Made by a program: the position numbers and the translations under genes. Positions 21,408-32,199 of a stretch of DNA of 64,000 nucleotides are shown one piece after another (position 1 is the first letter of the stretch; every line of letters starts with the position of its first letter). The stretch is from Candidatus Poribacteria bacterium. GTDB lineage: Bacteria; Poribacteria; WGA-4E; PCPOR2b. The notes under the pieces were generated by a model, which did not search any database, was not told the DNA's origin, and saw only the letters and a program-made list of their open reading frames with translations. The DNA lies in assembly GCA_965208675.1 (NCBI GenBank), contig OZ242351.1, positions 3,904,001-3,968,000 of the forward strand, written 5' to 3'.

Positions 21408-21782
21408 ATGCCGACATACGAATACAAATGTTTTGATTGCGGCTCACGATTTGAGCGTTTTCAAAGCATGACCGAAGAAGCAATTCAAGATTGCCCGGAG
21501 TGCGAAGGCAAAGTCAAACGGTTGATTGGCGCAGGAGCAGGATTGATTTTTAAGGGATCGGGGTTCTACTCGACGGATTACCGGGATGGAAGCTACAAGG
21601 AGGCCGAAAAGAAAGATCGGGATGCTTCATCGAGCGGCAGTGGCGACAGTAAGAGCAACGATACTAAGAAAAGTGATAGTAAGAGCAGCGAAACGAAAAG
21701 CAGTGACACCAAGAACGCCGATACAAAAAGCAGCGACACTAAAAGTCCTGACACCGCTAAAACAGCTTCAGACGAGGCTTGA
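21408..21782 (+). CDS. FmdB family zinc-ribbon protein
   Basis: MPTYEYKCFDC...CPEC...FKGSGFYSTDY followed by a low-complexity S/D/T/K tail. Confidence 0.92.
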   Translation: MPTYEYKCFDCGSRFERFQSMTEEAIQDCPECEGKVKRLIGAGAGLIFKGSGFYSTDYRDGSYKEAEKKDRDASSSGSGDSKSNDTKKSDSKSSETKSSDTKNADTKSSDTKSPDTAKTASDEA

Positions 21783-21904
21783 AACTGTAAAAATAATACC
21801 CGTCCGAAAAAGTCTGACAGCTACCAGAATCCTGAGATATTCTTCTGGTTCAAAACTAGGTTATCCATTGATTTACCGTTCTTTTGAAGGTCAAGAGGTA
21901 AGGC

Positions 21905-22840
21905 ATGCATCAACCTCAAACTGTTGAAGAGAACACACACGACCACGGCCATCAACATTATCTTCAGCGTAAATTCCGATTCGCGCTGATGTTCACGGGT
22001 GTTGTGTTTCTCGTGGAAGTGGTTGGCGGGATTCTGTCGAACAGCCTAGCGTTATTGAGCGATGCGGCGCATGTGTTTTCAGATGTGCTCGCATTGTCAA
22101 TAAGCTGGCTGGCAATCTATCTGTCAACACGTCCCGCAACGCACTCTCGGACTTATGGGTTCCACCGAACAGAAGTCTTCGCTGCATTCATCAATGGGAT
22201 TTCGCTGTTTGTAATTTCAGGATGGATCATTTATGAAGCCGTACAGCGATTTAAACAACCGGAGCCTGTTGAAAGTCTGGCGATGCTTGTGGTTGCATGT
22301 ATTGGCTTTACCGCCAATGTGCTCATCGTATGGCTCTTCCACGGGGAAGGGCGTAGAAACCTAAATGTACGGAGTGCCATGCTGCATGTCATCGGAGATA
22401 CACTCTCCTCTTTCGCAGTAATCGCTGGCGGAACGCTCATGTACTGGACGAACTGGTACGTGGTCGATCCAATACTGAGTTGTATCATAGCTCTAGTTAT
22501 TCTTATTGGAGCTTGGCGGGTCGCAAAAGAATCCACTCACATTCTTTTGGAGGCATCGCCGAAACACGCGGACGCCCAAACCGTAGCCAAGCATATCTGC
22601 GGTATCTATCCGATAAAAGATGTACACGATATGCACATCTGGTCTTTGTGTTCCAACTATTATGCACTCAGCGCGCACGTCGTTATTGAGGATCACACAG
22701 AAGAATCCGCAAATGAGCTCCGGCAGCAAATCAACCGTGAACTCGAAACTCAATTTGGTATCTTCCATACGACCATTCAGATTGAGCGCATCGCCTGCGC
22801 ACAGCAAGGGAATCTCCTATGTAATTTGTCCCATCACTGA
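21905..22840 (+). CDS. Cation diffusion facilitator transporter (CzcD/ZitB-like)
   Basis: His-rich N-terminus, SLALLSDAAH, HVIGD and HDMHIWSL motifs. Confidence 0.93.
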   Translation: MHQPQTVEENTHDHGHQHYLQRKFRFALMFTGVVFLVEVVGGILSNSLALLSDAAHVFSDVLALSISWLAIYLSTRPATHSRTYGFHRTEVFAAFINGISLFVISGWIIYEAVQRFKQPEPVESLAMLVVACIGFTANVLIVWLFHGEGRRNLNVRSAMLHVIGDTLSSFAVIAGGTLMYWTNWYVVDPILSCIIALVILIGAWRVAKESTHILLEASPKHADAQTVAKHICGIYPIKDVHDMHIWSLCSNYYALSAHVVIEDHTEESANELRQQINRELETQFGIFHTTIQIERIACAQQGNLLCNLSHH

Positions 22841-22950
22841 TGGACAAATGGGAGAAAAGGATTCCCAACTACCTAGTCCGGCATCGTGCAATTAACATAT
22901 CTTCCCAAGATTGCCCCGGAATTTGAACGGTTCAGTGCCAAGGAGAATCA

Positions 22951-24549
22951 GTGCCGCCAAAGAAATCCAAAATCACCGGCTACGCGTCCCGCGAAGCTAC
23001 CTTGACGTTCGCCGACCGGATGCGAACACGATATCCATCTTTCGATAAAAGTGCTTACCGTTCCCTCGCTGGTACCGATCTAATTGCGTCTAAGGTCGGC
23101 TACGGTTGCTACCGCGTTCACAATCAATCTAAAGAACATGCAGCGACGCTCGTGAAAGCGATCGAAGCAGGTTGTAACCTGATTGATACGTCGAGTAACT
23201 ACACTGACGGCGGCAGCGAAACATTGATTGGAAATGTTATCCACGACCTTATCGCGGCTGAAAAAATACGGCGCGAGGAAATCATTGTCGTTTCCAAGGT
23301 CGGTTATATGCAGGGGAAAAATTTGGATGAAGCCATGCAGCGCGAGCGTACGGGACAACCTTACCCAGATGTTGTCAAGTATATGGAAGGCTGCTGGCAC
23401 TGTATCCACCCGGATTTCTTGATAGATCAGTGGAATCATAGCGCCAAGCGGTTAGGGCTTGAATCAATTGATGTTTATCTCCTGCATAACCCGGAGTATT
23501 TTCTATCGGACGCCCAAAAACGCAGCAGGAATCGCGCCGACTTCAACGATAGCCAAGAGGCGTATTACGATCGCGTTTACCGTGCCTTCGTGCAGATGGA
23601 GCAGCTCGCGCTCGACGGTAAAATTCGCTGCTACGGGATTTCGTCGAACACCTTTCCATCGCCGAAAACGGATTTTGAGCATACCTCGCTCGACCGTGTC
23701 TATGAGGCTGCTTGCAAAGCGGGTGCAACCGTGCATGGAAATAGCCGGGCAAATCATTTCAAAGTGATTCAACTCCCGTATAACCTTTTCGAACACGGAG
23801 CGTTGACGGCGGTAAACAATGAGATTGACCGAAAAGATGTCTCGGTGCTTGAAAGGGCGAAGTCTCTCGGGATTGGCGTCCTCGTGAATCGTCCGCTCAA
23901 CGCAATTGTGAATAACCGCATGACCCGTTTGGCGCAATACGCTTACGATCCAAACCTCGATCATCCCAAAGAGATTTCCAACGCAGAACACCGGTTCAGT
24001 CAAATCGAAACAAGGCTTGAAGATGTGTTAAAAAGTTGGGGAATTTTCGATTCGGTGCGTAATCAAGTAAATGTCAACCTTTTTTATGACGTTGCGCAGC
24101 AGCTTCCCAAATTTCTTCCGCATATCCAAAACCGGGATCATTGGGAACAGGTCTTATACGGAAATCTCATCCCCGAGATTAATGCATACTTACAAAAGAC
24201 CGCCCAAAATTGTTCGGCTGAAGCACAGTCCGAGTGGGAGATTTTGCTGCAACAGTACGTAGAGACACTCAACGCGCTATTCGCGATTCTGACGGACATC
24301 TTTAATCGCGGGGAGGCAGGAAAGGTTGAACCCATTCAGCACGCGGTGGATAGACATCTCTCAGATGAGGAGAAAATGCTCACACTTTCTCAAAAGGCAT
24401 TGAACTTTGTGACTTCATCGCCGGGCGTCTCTGTTGTGTTGAACGGCATGAAACGAGAAGAATACGTGCACGACGCAATGGGGATTATGACCGCACCTGA
24501 TTTTAAGCAGCCGCTCGCATTGATTGAAAGTGTGGCGCGTGCGGTGTGA
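22951..24549 (+). CDS. Aldo/keto reductase family protein (long form)
   Basis: GYGCYR, NLIDTSSNY, VSKVG, DVYLLHNPE and IQLPYN motifs; AAGGAG RBS and GTG start. Confidence 0.85.
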   Translation: MPPKKSKITGYASREATLTFADRMRTRYPSFDKSAYRSLAGTDLIASKVGYGCYRVHNQSKEHAATLVKAIEAGCNLIDTSSNYTDGGSETLIGNVIHDLIAAEKIRREEIIVVSKVGYMQGKNLDEAMQRERTGQPYPDVVKYMEGCWHCIHPDFLIDQWNHSAKRLGLESIDVYLLHNPEYFLSDAQKRSRNRADFNDSQEAYYDRVYRAFVQMEQLALDGKIRCYGISSNTFPSPKTDFEHTSLDRVYEAACKAGATVHGNSRANHFKVIQLPYNLFEHGALTAVNNEIDRKDVSVLERAKSLGIGVLVNRPLNAIVNNRMTRLAQYAYDPNLDHPKEISNAEHRFSQIETRLEDVLKSWGIFDSVRNQVNVNLFYDVAQQLPKFLPHIQNRDHWEQVLYGNLIPEINAYLQKTAQNCSAEAQSEWEILLQQYVETLNALFAILTDIFNRGEAGKVEPIQHAVDRHLSDEEKMLTLSQKALNFVTSSPGVSVVLNGMKREEYVHDAMGIMTAPDFKQPLALIESVARAV

Positions 24550-24589
24550 AATTCCTTCCCTATCGTTAGATTCGCCGCGCCAGCAAGGC

Positions 24590-25372
24590 TCACAGGACTC
24601 CCCGCGAATCCTTTTTTGCAATGAGTCGGTTCAAAATCCAGAATAACACGGCGGACAGTACGGTGTAACATCCTATCATCCAGACCCAAATCGGTGCGAT
24701 TCCCATTGAAGTGTGCGTTTCAGATTTTACAACCGCAATTAGGACACACAGGGGGCTTAACAACTTCAGTGCCTCCTCAAAGCGCGGAGCCGTAATTGGC
24801 ATCTGCGATACAATCAACGGCACAAAGATAATCGATAACACCACGGCGTAACTGCGAGAAATTGCGGTCATGGCGGTGCCGAACAGGGTAAAAAAAACGC
24901 CGTTCAAGAAGAACAAGGTAATTGCAGCCGTAAACACAAGAGCGCATTGCAGTAGTTGCCAAAGCCCCAATCCGCCTGTGTAAACCGAAAGCCAAAATAG
25001 CGGGATGGTGAGCCAGACGATCCACAGCGTTCCGAGAATTGCCCCAATTAACTTCCCCAGCAGAATCCGCCATGTGCGCAGCGGCGTGATTTTGAGCAGG
25101 TCCCAGTTGGAGGATAACCGTTCGGATTGAAACGTCTCTATGGCTAGAAGCGGAACCGCAAGAGCAATGATGGTGAGGAAGAAGACAGGTACAGATATTG
25201 CATATACACTTTCACCCATGCGAGTCTGGGGCTGAGTTTGGCTTGCCGCGAATAGCTCGAATGCCGCTGCAAATAGCGTAAGCGCAAGCACGCATAAGAT
25301 GACGAACTGAATGCGGCGAAATTTGGGCTGATGGAAATAAAAACGCAACTCCTTAAGAATGAGTGCAATCAT
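24590..25372 (-). CDS. ABC-2 type transporter permease-like membrane protein
   Basis: ALILKELR start, ERLSSNWDLLKITPL...ILLGKL motif and about six TM helices. Start re-called at ATG 25372. Confidence 0.8.
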   Translation of the reverse strand: MIALILKELRFYFHQPKFRRIQFVILCVLALTLFAAAFELFAASQTQPQTRMGESVYAISVPVFFLTIIALAVPLLAIETFQSERLSSNWDLLKITPLRTWRILLGKLIGAILGTLWIVWLTIPLFWLSVYTGGLGLWQLLQCALVFTAAITLFFLNGVFFTLFGTAMTAISRSYAVVLSIIFVPLIVSQMPITAPRFEEALKLLSPLCVLIAVVKSETHTSMGIAPIWVWMIGCYTVLSAVLFWILNRLIAKKDSRGVL

Positions 25373-25684
25373 TGTATGGGTTCTCTCGGTAACACTTAAT
25401 ATCTTCAGCATTATAACATATCCCCCTTCAAACACCGCATAAACTTTTTCTGATTGCCGGTCGTCAAGAAGAATAGTTTTCGAGGTAATTTGAAGCGTAG
25501 ATTGCAGCTGTACCCAAACAAGAATCATCGCCGTTTTGCATTGCTAAACTTAGATTTGCCCTTTAGGGTTAGCATCGAAAATGCTTGTACACGGAAGCGG
25601 AAATATGCTAATCTATCGCTGTTATCATTTATTACAGATACGTCCTACAACAACTAATGTGGATTTTTTGATAGGAGAACAAAA

Positions 25685-26653
25685 ATGCAGAAGAACTTCT
25701 TAAGGACTTCGTTGATTGCCACTACAATCGGATTGTTAATCACTGTTTTGTTGATTAACAACCTTCATGCCGAATACAACGGGGAATGTTGGGTGGTCAG
25801 TAATGGTGATACCGTTCGCAAACTCTATCCAGATGGAAAAGCAGACCAAAGAGAAATTCCCAATCTTACTCAGGCGCAAACTGCGGAGGTAAATCCCAGA
25901 GATGGTACTGTGTGGATTGCAGTATCGGCTGCGAATACGGTCTACAAGTTTAACCCTACCAGCGGCGAGTTCATTCCAATACCGAACATCAAACGGCCGC
26001 ATTCCGTATCAATTAACCCAGTCGATGGCACGGTATGGATTGGCGGGCTTGACGTGGTCGTCAAGGTGTCCTCGGCTGGTCAGGTCCTCGCCACCATCCC
26101 CGGCGTGTACGAACCGGAAGTTGCTGTCAATCTGACCGATGGGAGTTGCTGGGTAACCGACTCCAGAGGGAAAGTCGCTCGTTATGATTCCAGCGGGGCG
26201 CTTGTGGTAACCTCTCCGGCGAAACTCACGGAACCCAAATACGTTACTGTTAATTCGAAAACGGGCGATGCGTGGGTGGCGGATATGCAGGCGAACATTC
26301 TTGTTAAACTAGACGCGAATGGCCGCGAACTTGTGCGGCTTACAGATATCCCTTTGCCGACTTCACCGCAGGTTAATTCCCAAGATGGCAGCCTTTGGGT
26401 TGTCGCCGATTCCTCCTCGCTGATTAAGCTCTCCGCCAACGGCCAGAGGATTAAGGAAATCCAAAACGTTGGGCTGGCAATCCTGGCAATTAGTCTTGAT
26501 CCGAAAGACGGCAGTCTTTGGATTGCGGATCAGCTTGGATCGACCTTTCAAGGCGAAGTCAGTAAATACTCGGCGGACGGACGGAAGTTGTTTGGAACCA
26601 GCGAAATTCAAATGCCATCCTACGTTTCCGTGGGTTATTGGGCAGGTGAATAA
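25685..26653 (+). CDS. Secreted beta-propeller (NHL/SMP-30-like repeat) protein
   Basis: Signal peptide and repeated VNPxDGTVWIA-type blades; AGGAG RBS. Confidence 0.82.
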   Translation: MQKNFLRTSLIATTIGLLITVLLINNLHAEYNGECWVVSNGDTVRKLYPDGKADQREIPNLTQAQTAEVNPRDGTVWIAVSAANTVYKFNPTSGEFIPIPNIKRPHSVSINPVDGTVWIGGLDVVVKVSSAGQVLATIPGVYEPEVAVNLTDGSCWVTDSRGKVARYDSSGALVVTSPAKLTEPKYVTVNSKTGDAWVADMQANILVKLDANGRELVRLTDIPLPTSPQVNSQDGSLWVVADSSSLIKLSANGQRIKEIQNVGLAILAISLDPKDGSLWIADQLGSTFQGEVSKYSADGRKLFGTSEIQMPSYVSVGYWAGE

Positions 26654-26904
26654 GGCATAAATCAATTTCGTTCTGCAGATAATAACGCCGCAGAGCGACG
26701 AAGAGTCCATATTTCAGTTATTGAACCGGTGAAATAGGTTCGTGACCCGCCATGTTTGCGCTGCTTTAGGATAAATCCTCCCAATATACTATTTGAGTTG
26801 CACTCCAAGTGTGTAGATAACGAGTTCAAACCTGTACAGAAAGCCCGCATGGATTTTCTACATCAATTCTCACGTGGTCGTTTTACACCTTTTACCGGCT
26901 AGAT

Positions 26905-29424
26905 TTGAGGGCTATTGTGTGTAAAGTATTTTCCTGTTTTCTCTCCTTTACGCTCTTTCTCTTTGCTGTTGGTGCCCTAGCACAGCCAGCAGCGCTGCCA
27001 GATTTTTCGGTGGATGCGGCGAGTATCACATTTTCCAATCCGTCGCCGCTCGAAGGCGAGGAGATAACAATCCGCGTCACGGTAAAGAACATCGGAGAGG
27101 CAGCGTCAACGCGCAATGAAGACCTGGTGGTAAATCTTTATGAAGGCAATCCCAATGTGGACAATCCGGCGAATAAGCCCCTTCGTATTTTATGCAGAGA
27201 TGCAATCTTTGGGCTAGCTCCCGGCAAATCTGACAGCGTGAAGACACAATGGCGGCCTCCGCCTGGTACGGTTGAGGTTTATGCTGTCGTTAACCCACCC
27301 GGAGATGACAAAGAAATTAGAGAGGTTAACCGGGAGAACAACACCGCCAACACTTCTATAACCGGAACGCCGCGCGCATTCCCTAAAGCAACACCGGCAC
27401 AGATTCAAACCGCAATTCAAAAAGGTGCGGAATGGGTCAAAGCCCAACAAGGAAAGCACAGCCGAACTTGTGTGCAATGTGGAACTGAGAATCAGCTAAT
27501 CTCTATCTGTATTATCTGCGGTGCAAACCTGAAAGGTCTGCCCGAAAATCTTCTGGATGGTCCTGCATGGGATTTTGGAGAAGACAGTCGGCAAGAAACT
27601 GCAATTGCATTGCTTACGCTGCTTTCGGCGGGTGTCCCCATCTCCGATCCTGTGGTACAAGAAGGGTTGGAATTTTTAACGCATCAGGATATGAACAATT
27701 TGCAAGTTTATCAACTAGCAATCATTCTGCCAGCGCTTGTCGCGGCGAACGATTCGAAATACCGTCAGCGCGCCCAGGTTGCGGTAAGTCAGCTTGTCAG
27801 AAACCAATTGCCGGTTAAAGGTGATGAATTCAGAGACCCAAGAGACGATGGCGGTTGGGGATATGGGACTACTGCGGATGGAGCGCATATGCACATGGTG
27901 ATTTATGCACTCTACGCTGCAAAACAGTGGGGTCTTGACATCCCGAAGGATACATGGGCGCGCGCCGAAAAGTGGATTCGACGCAATCAGATGGAAAGCG
28001 GCGGCTGGGTCTACAATCTCGTTGATGGCGGATCGCCTTGGGCGGAGGGAGTCTACGGCAGTATGACTGGAACAGGGCTGTGGGCGCTTCGTGCTTGCGG
28101 CGTCCCTGCGGAAGACCCGCAAATCCGGAAGGGGCAGGCGTGGGTTAAGGAGAATTGGTCGCTGACTCGAAACCCCGGATCGATTTCATGGCATTATTAC
28201 TATCTTGTCTCGCTGCAGCGATTCTGCGACATCCCTCCCAAGTTGGAGTCGCTTGCCGGGCATGATTGGTACCAGGAAATATCGAACATGCTCGTCGCCG
28301 AGCAGCAACCTGATGGGCGCTGGATTGACCACGAAGACTATTTCCCAACGACCTGTTTCGCGTTGATGTTTCTAACGCGCGCCCTACCGCGCCCTACCTC
28401 GCCTGACATCGGCGCTGTTCATAGGAGCCTTCGCTTCTCTCCGCCTGCACCGCGTGTTGGCGAACCGGTCCGAATTAGCGTAACCCTGACAAATACGGGA
28501 ATTCAGCTTGAAGAATCTATCGTGAAGGTCAATTTCTACGATGGAAATCCGGAACGGGATGGCAAAAAATTTGCCGATCAGGAGGTCATCTTTCATAGAA
28601 ATCTCGACGAAACCACCACCACGGTTAACTGGGTGCCTACGGAGGAGGGAAGCCGTGAAATCTACGTTCTTGTTGATCCGGATAAACGGATTGACGATTT
28701 AGATCGCGAGAATAATACCGTGTCCCAGGCATTGGATATTCGCCCCCAGTCCGCTGCTGCCATTGATATGACGCCAGTCCCTCAGGAGATTAGCGATGGC
28801 GTCCACCGTATGGGAGACGTTACGGTTGATTTCAACAAACGCGAAGTCTCCGTGCCGGGGGAAATTAATATCATTAGCGGAGATACCATCCTCGAATTTT
28901 TTGCCGTTGGCAAATTTGGCAAGACACATGAAAGTCTAATTATGGTCCACGCCGAACCCATACATATTCAACTTGCACTCGTACAACTAGGCATGTCTCC
29001 GGAGATGGACCTCACAATCGAAGGCGATCCCCGCCAACCTCAGGGTGATTCAGCCGAGGTTTGGGTAGAATGGGAGCGGGGAACCGAAGTTTTGCGCCAA
29101 CGCGCTGAAAAATTGGTGTGGAACGCCATGAACGCACATCCGATGCAGCAGACCCATTGGGTATTCACTGGTGCACGCATCGAAAATAATCAATTCACCG
29201 CGCAGAAATACCACAATATTATTGCGGTGTACCGCGACCCGGATTCAATCTTTAATCACCCCCTGCCCGGCGGCAAGGATGATCGAACCTATCGCGTCAA
29301 TACGGATGCCGTGCCGTCAAAGGGTACGCCTGTGAAGGTCATCATTCGCCCAGTTTCTGGCGAGGCTAGTGAAATAAAGTCAATGAATCGGCTTAAGGGT
29401 AGCTTAATTGAGGGGTGGTCATGA
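26905..29424 (+). CDS. Secreted multidomain protein: CARDB, zinc ribbon, prenyltransferase/squalene-oxidase-like repeats, CARDB, YdjY-like domain
   Basis: Two CARDB/Ig repeats ending in E/D..RENNT, CVQC..CIIC, DGGWGY/NQMESGGW/QQPDGRW repeats, and KTHES...WVFTG. Confidence 0.72.
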   Translation: MRAIVCKVFSCFLSFTLFLFAVGALAQPAALPDFSVDAASITFSNPSPLEGEEITIRVTVKNIGEAASTRNEDLVVNLYEGNPNVDNPANKPLRILCRDAIFGLAPGKSDSVKTQWRPPPGTVEVYAVVNPPGDDKEIREVNRENNTANTSITGTPRAFPKATPAQIQTAIQKGAEWVKAQQGKHSRTCVQCGTENQLISICIICGANLKGLPENLLDGPAWDFGEDSRQETAIALLTLLSAGVPISDPVVQEGLEFLTHQDMNNLQVYQLAIILPALVAANDSKYRQRAQVAVSQLVRNQLPVKGDEFRDPRDDGGWGYGTTADGAHMHMVIYALYAAKQWGLDIPKDTWARAEKWIRRNQMESGGWVYNLVDGGSPWAEGVYGSMTGTGLWALRACGVPAEDPQIRKGQAWVKENWSLTRNPGSISWHYYYLVSLQRFCDIPPKLESLAGHDWYQEISNMLVAEQQPDGRWIDHEDYFPTTCFALMFLTRALPRPTSPDIGAVHRSLRFSPPAPRVGEPVRISVTLTNTGIQLEESIVKVNFYDGNPERDGKKFADQEVIFHRNLDETTTTVNWVPTEEGSREIYVLVDPDKRIDDLDRENNTVSQALDIRPQSAAAIDMTPVPQEISDGVHRMGDVTVDFNKREVSVPGEINIISGDTILEFFAVGKFGKTHESLIMVHAEPIHIQLALVQLGMSPEMDLTIEGDPRQPQGDSAEVWVEWERGTEVLRQRAEKLVWNAMNAHPMQQTHWVFTGARIENNQFTAQKYHNIIAVYRDPDSIFNHPLPGGKDDRTYRVNTDAVPSKGTPVKVIIRPVSGEASEIKSMNRLKGSLIEGWS

Positions 29425-29463
29425 TTTTCACCGGGCATCGGGGAAGGATAATCGTAACAACAA

Positions 29464-30840
29464 ATGAACTTTATTGAGAAACTAAGAGATGTCCAAATTC
29501 TGGTTATGGACGTTGACGGGGTGTTGACAGACGGAAAACTCTACTATTCAGATTCGCGTGAGGAGATAAAGGCTTACAACGTTCGTGACGGACAGGGACT
29601 GAAGCTCATCAAAAGTCTTGGCATTAAGCTGGCTGTCATCTCAGGGCGAACAGGCGAGGCTGTTTGGAGGCGTGTGGAGGAACTGCATGTGGACGAGATT
29701 CGTCTGGGCGTGGGCGACAAACTTCCCGTTCTGCAGGACATTTTGCGTAGGCATAACATACCGTCGGACGAGGCGCTTTACATCGGAGACGATCTCGGCG
29801 ATATCGGCGTTTTGAACTTCGTTGGGTTGCCCGTTGCGGTCGCTGACGCCCACGATACCGCGAAGCGCAGCGCCGATTACGTAACGCGCAACATCGGTGG
29901 AGGCGGCGCCGTAAGAGAGATATGCGACATGATAATTTCTCAGAAAGAAGAACGCCCACAGAGTCCAGATGCTGTCGTGAAGCCAATGGACAACCGCCAA
30001 GACTGTTACCCCAATACAAATGTCGTTGCGATAAACGGTGTTCAGATTGGCGGAGGGCGCCCAATTGCGGTTATTGCGGGCCCCTGCGTTATTGAGAGCC
30101 GGGATCACTCGCTCAAGATGGCTGAAGCAATTAAAGGCATTTCGGAAAAATTGGGTGTCCCGTTTGTCTTCAAATCCTCGTATGACAAGGCGAACCGGTC
30201 CGCCATAAGCTCCTATCGAGGTCCCGGGCGTGAGAAGGGGCTTTCCATCTTAGCGGAGGTCCAAAAAGAGGTTGGCGTGCCGGTGCTTTCAGATGTACAC
30301 TGCGTCAACCAGGTTCAGCCCGCTTCGTCCGTGCTTGACGCGATTCAAATCCCCGCATTCCTGTGTAGACAAACAGATCTGCTCGTTTCGGCTGGAAGCA
30401 GCGGGAAACCAATCAACGTAAAGAAGGCGCAGTTCATGTCGCCGCAGGACATGAGCAATGTCGTTGACAAGGTAAAATCCACAGGAAACCAAAATATCCT
30501 GCTCACCGAAAGAGGCAGTTGTTTCGGTTACAATAATTTGGTCGTTGATATGAGTTCGATTCCTATCATGCAGTCCTCCGGATGTCCGGTTGTGTTCGAC
30601 GCGACGCACAGCACTCAGTTGCCGGGCGGCTTGGGGATGAGCTCCGGTGGACGAAGAGAGTTCGCGGCACATTTAGCGCGCGCAGCTACTGCAGTCGGGA
30701 TAGACGCACTGTTCATGGAGGTGCACGACCGTCCCGATGAGGCGCTTTGCGACGGGCAAAACATGATAAATCTGGAAATATTGGAATCTATACTGACGGC
30801 CGTTGTTCAGATAGACAAGATTGCGAAGCATATTCAATGA
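29464..30840 (+). CDS. kdsA: Fused KDO-8-phosphate phosphatase (KdsC) and KDO-8-phosphate synthase (KdsA)
   Basis: N-terminal HAD motifs DVDGVLTDG and GDDLGD; C-terminal IAGPCVIES, KANRS, QIPAFLCRQTDL and FDATHS. Confidence 0.95.
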   Translation: MNFIEKLRDVQILVMDVDGVLTDGKLYYSDSREEIKAYNVRDGQGLKLIKSLGIKLAVISGRTGEAVWRRVEELHVDEIRLGVGDKLPVLQDILRRHNIPSDEALYIGDDLGDIGVLNFVGLPVAVADAHDTAKRSADYVTRNIGGGGAVREICDMIISQKEERPQSPDAVVKPMDNRQDCYPNTNVVAINGVQIGGGRPIAVIAGPCVIESRDHSLKMAEAIKGISEKLGVPFVFKSSYDKANRSAISSYRGPGREKGLSILAEVQKEVGVPVLSDVHCVNQVQPASSVLDAIQIPAFLCRQTDLLVSAGSSGKPINVKKAQFMSPQDMSNVVDKVKSTGNQNILLTERGSCFGYNNLVVDMSSIPIMQSSGCPVVFDATHSTQLPGGLGMSSGGRREFAAHLARAATAVGIDALFMEVHDRPDEALCDGQNMINLEILESILTAVVQIDKIAKHIQ

Positions 30841-31046
30841 CTGCCGGTGTTCGGTTCAGCGTTGCCTGTCGATGCTGAGCAGCTTAGTCGGACAGGTCCT
30901 GCCATCTTCTTCAATTCAGACGTAGTTGCCAATGGAGTCCTAAGTGTACGGCATTGCAGCAGTCGAACACAGATGTATCTACCTTATTCACGCATTTCAA
31001 TGGTTTCATTCTTGGAGGACAGAAAATCCACTCCCGGGTACATGCT

Positions 31047-32165
31047 ATGGAACGGCGATTAAATCCTAAAGCCCATGAAATCGTCATACTCGCTGAAGGT
31101 TCATTCGGCATTCTGGAATCAAAAGCAGCCGCCGTTTTGGTGCGATACCTGAGGGATAACGTCGTCGCCGTTATTGACAGCACGAAGGCGGGAAAAGATG
31201 CCGGTGAAATCGTAGGTGTTGGAACCGGAATCCCTATCGTCGGCTGCCTTTCAGAGGCAATGGAACTACATCCGTCAATGTTGGCAGTCGGAATCGCCCC
31301 GCCCGGAGGTGAGTTGCCTCCGAAATGGAAATCCATGCTGCGTGAAGCAATCGAATCTGGATTGCACATTATGAGTGGGCTTCATTGGTTTCTGAGCGTC
31401 GATCCGGAACTAGCAGAACTGGCAGACCGCCGTAACGTTATTCTATGGGATGTGCGCAAACCTCCGGGAAATCTCCCGATTGCAACCTGCAAAGCAGCCG
31501 ATGTCGATGCAACCGTTGTTTTAACCGTCGGATCAGATTGCCGCGTTGGAAAAATGGTTGTCGGAATCGAGCTTGCGAATGCGGCAAGAAGCCGCGGTTT
31601 GAATGCTGCATTTTGTCCGACCGGACAAAATGGAATGATGGTCTCCGGATGGGGAATCGCCGTTGACGCAGTGGTGTCTGACTTTACCGCAGGCGCGGTG
31701 GAGCAAATCGTTATTGAAGGCGCCCAAAATCACGACCTCCTCATTGTCGAGGGGCAGGGATCGCTAGTTCATCCGGGCTACTCCGGTGTCACGTTGAGCC
31801 TGTTGCACGGTTCTATGCCTGACGCGATGATTTTTTGCCACCAGCCCTCTCGAAAAAGTGTCGCACGTTACCCAATCCCTTTGCTGTCATTGGGAGAGAT
31901 GATTGCACAGTACGAAATTCTTGCCAATCCCATCAAACCCGCCAATGTCATTGGAATCGCTCTCAACTGTTTTGACCTCACCGAAAAACAAGCCCGTGAA
32001 GCCATCGAATTGGCGGAGCGGGAAGCAGGCTTGCCAGCCACAGATGTCATCCGCTTCGGACCGCAAAAATTGGTTGACGCGATTGTCAGCATGCAAAATC
32101 GGAGCGCAACAGAGTCTGCAGATTTTCAGGAAAATTCGAGGAGCTTAAACTGCACAAGGACATAG
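31047..32165 (+). CDS. DUF1611 domain-containing protein (P-loop)
   Basis: GIAPPGG, SGLH, GSDCRVGKM, TGQNG and VEGQGSL motifs. Confidence 0.92.
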   Translation: MERRLNPKAHEIVILAEGSFGILESKAAAVLVRYLRDNVVAVIDSTKAGKDAGEIVGVGTGIPIVGCLSEAMELHPSMLAVGIAPPGGELPPKWKSMLREAIESGLHIMSGLHWFLSVDPELAELADRRNVILWDVRKPPGNLPIATCKAADVDATVVLTVGSDCRVGKMVVGIELANAARSRGLNAAFCPTGQNGMMVSGWGIAVDAVVSDFTAGAVEQIVIEGAQNHDLLIVEGQGSLVHPGYSGVTLSLLHGSMPDAMIFCHQPSRKSVARYPIPLLSLGEMIAQYEILANPIKPANVIGIALNCFDLTEKQAREAIELAEREAGLPATDVIRFGPQKLVDAIVSMQNRSATESADFQENSRSLNCTRT

Positions 32166-32199
32166 TCGTCAGAGTTTTAAACGTGACAGACTCAGCTTT

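Noticed and set aside
21640-21770. Short tandem-like repeats (SSDTK units) considered as a CRISPR or VNTR
   Set aside because: Degenerate 15-nt coding repeats in a low-complexity protein tail, with no spacers and no cas genes.
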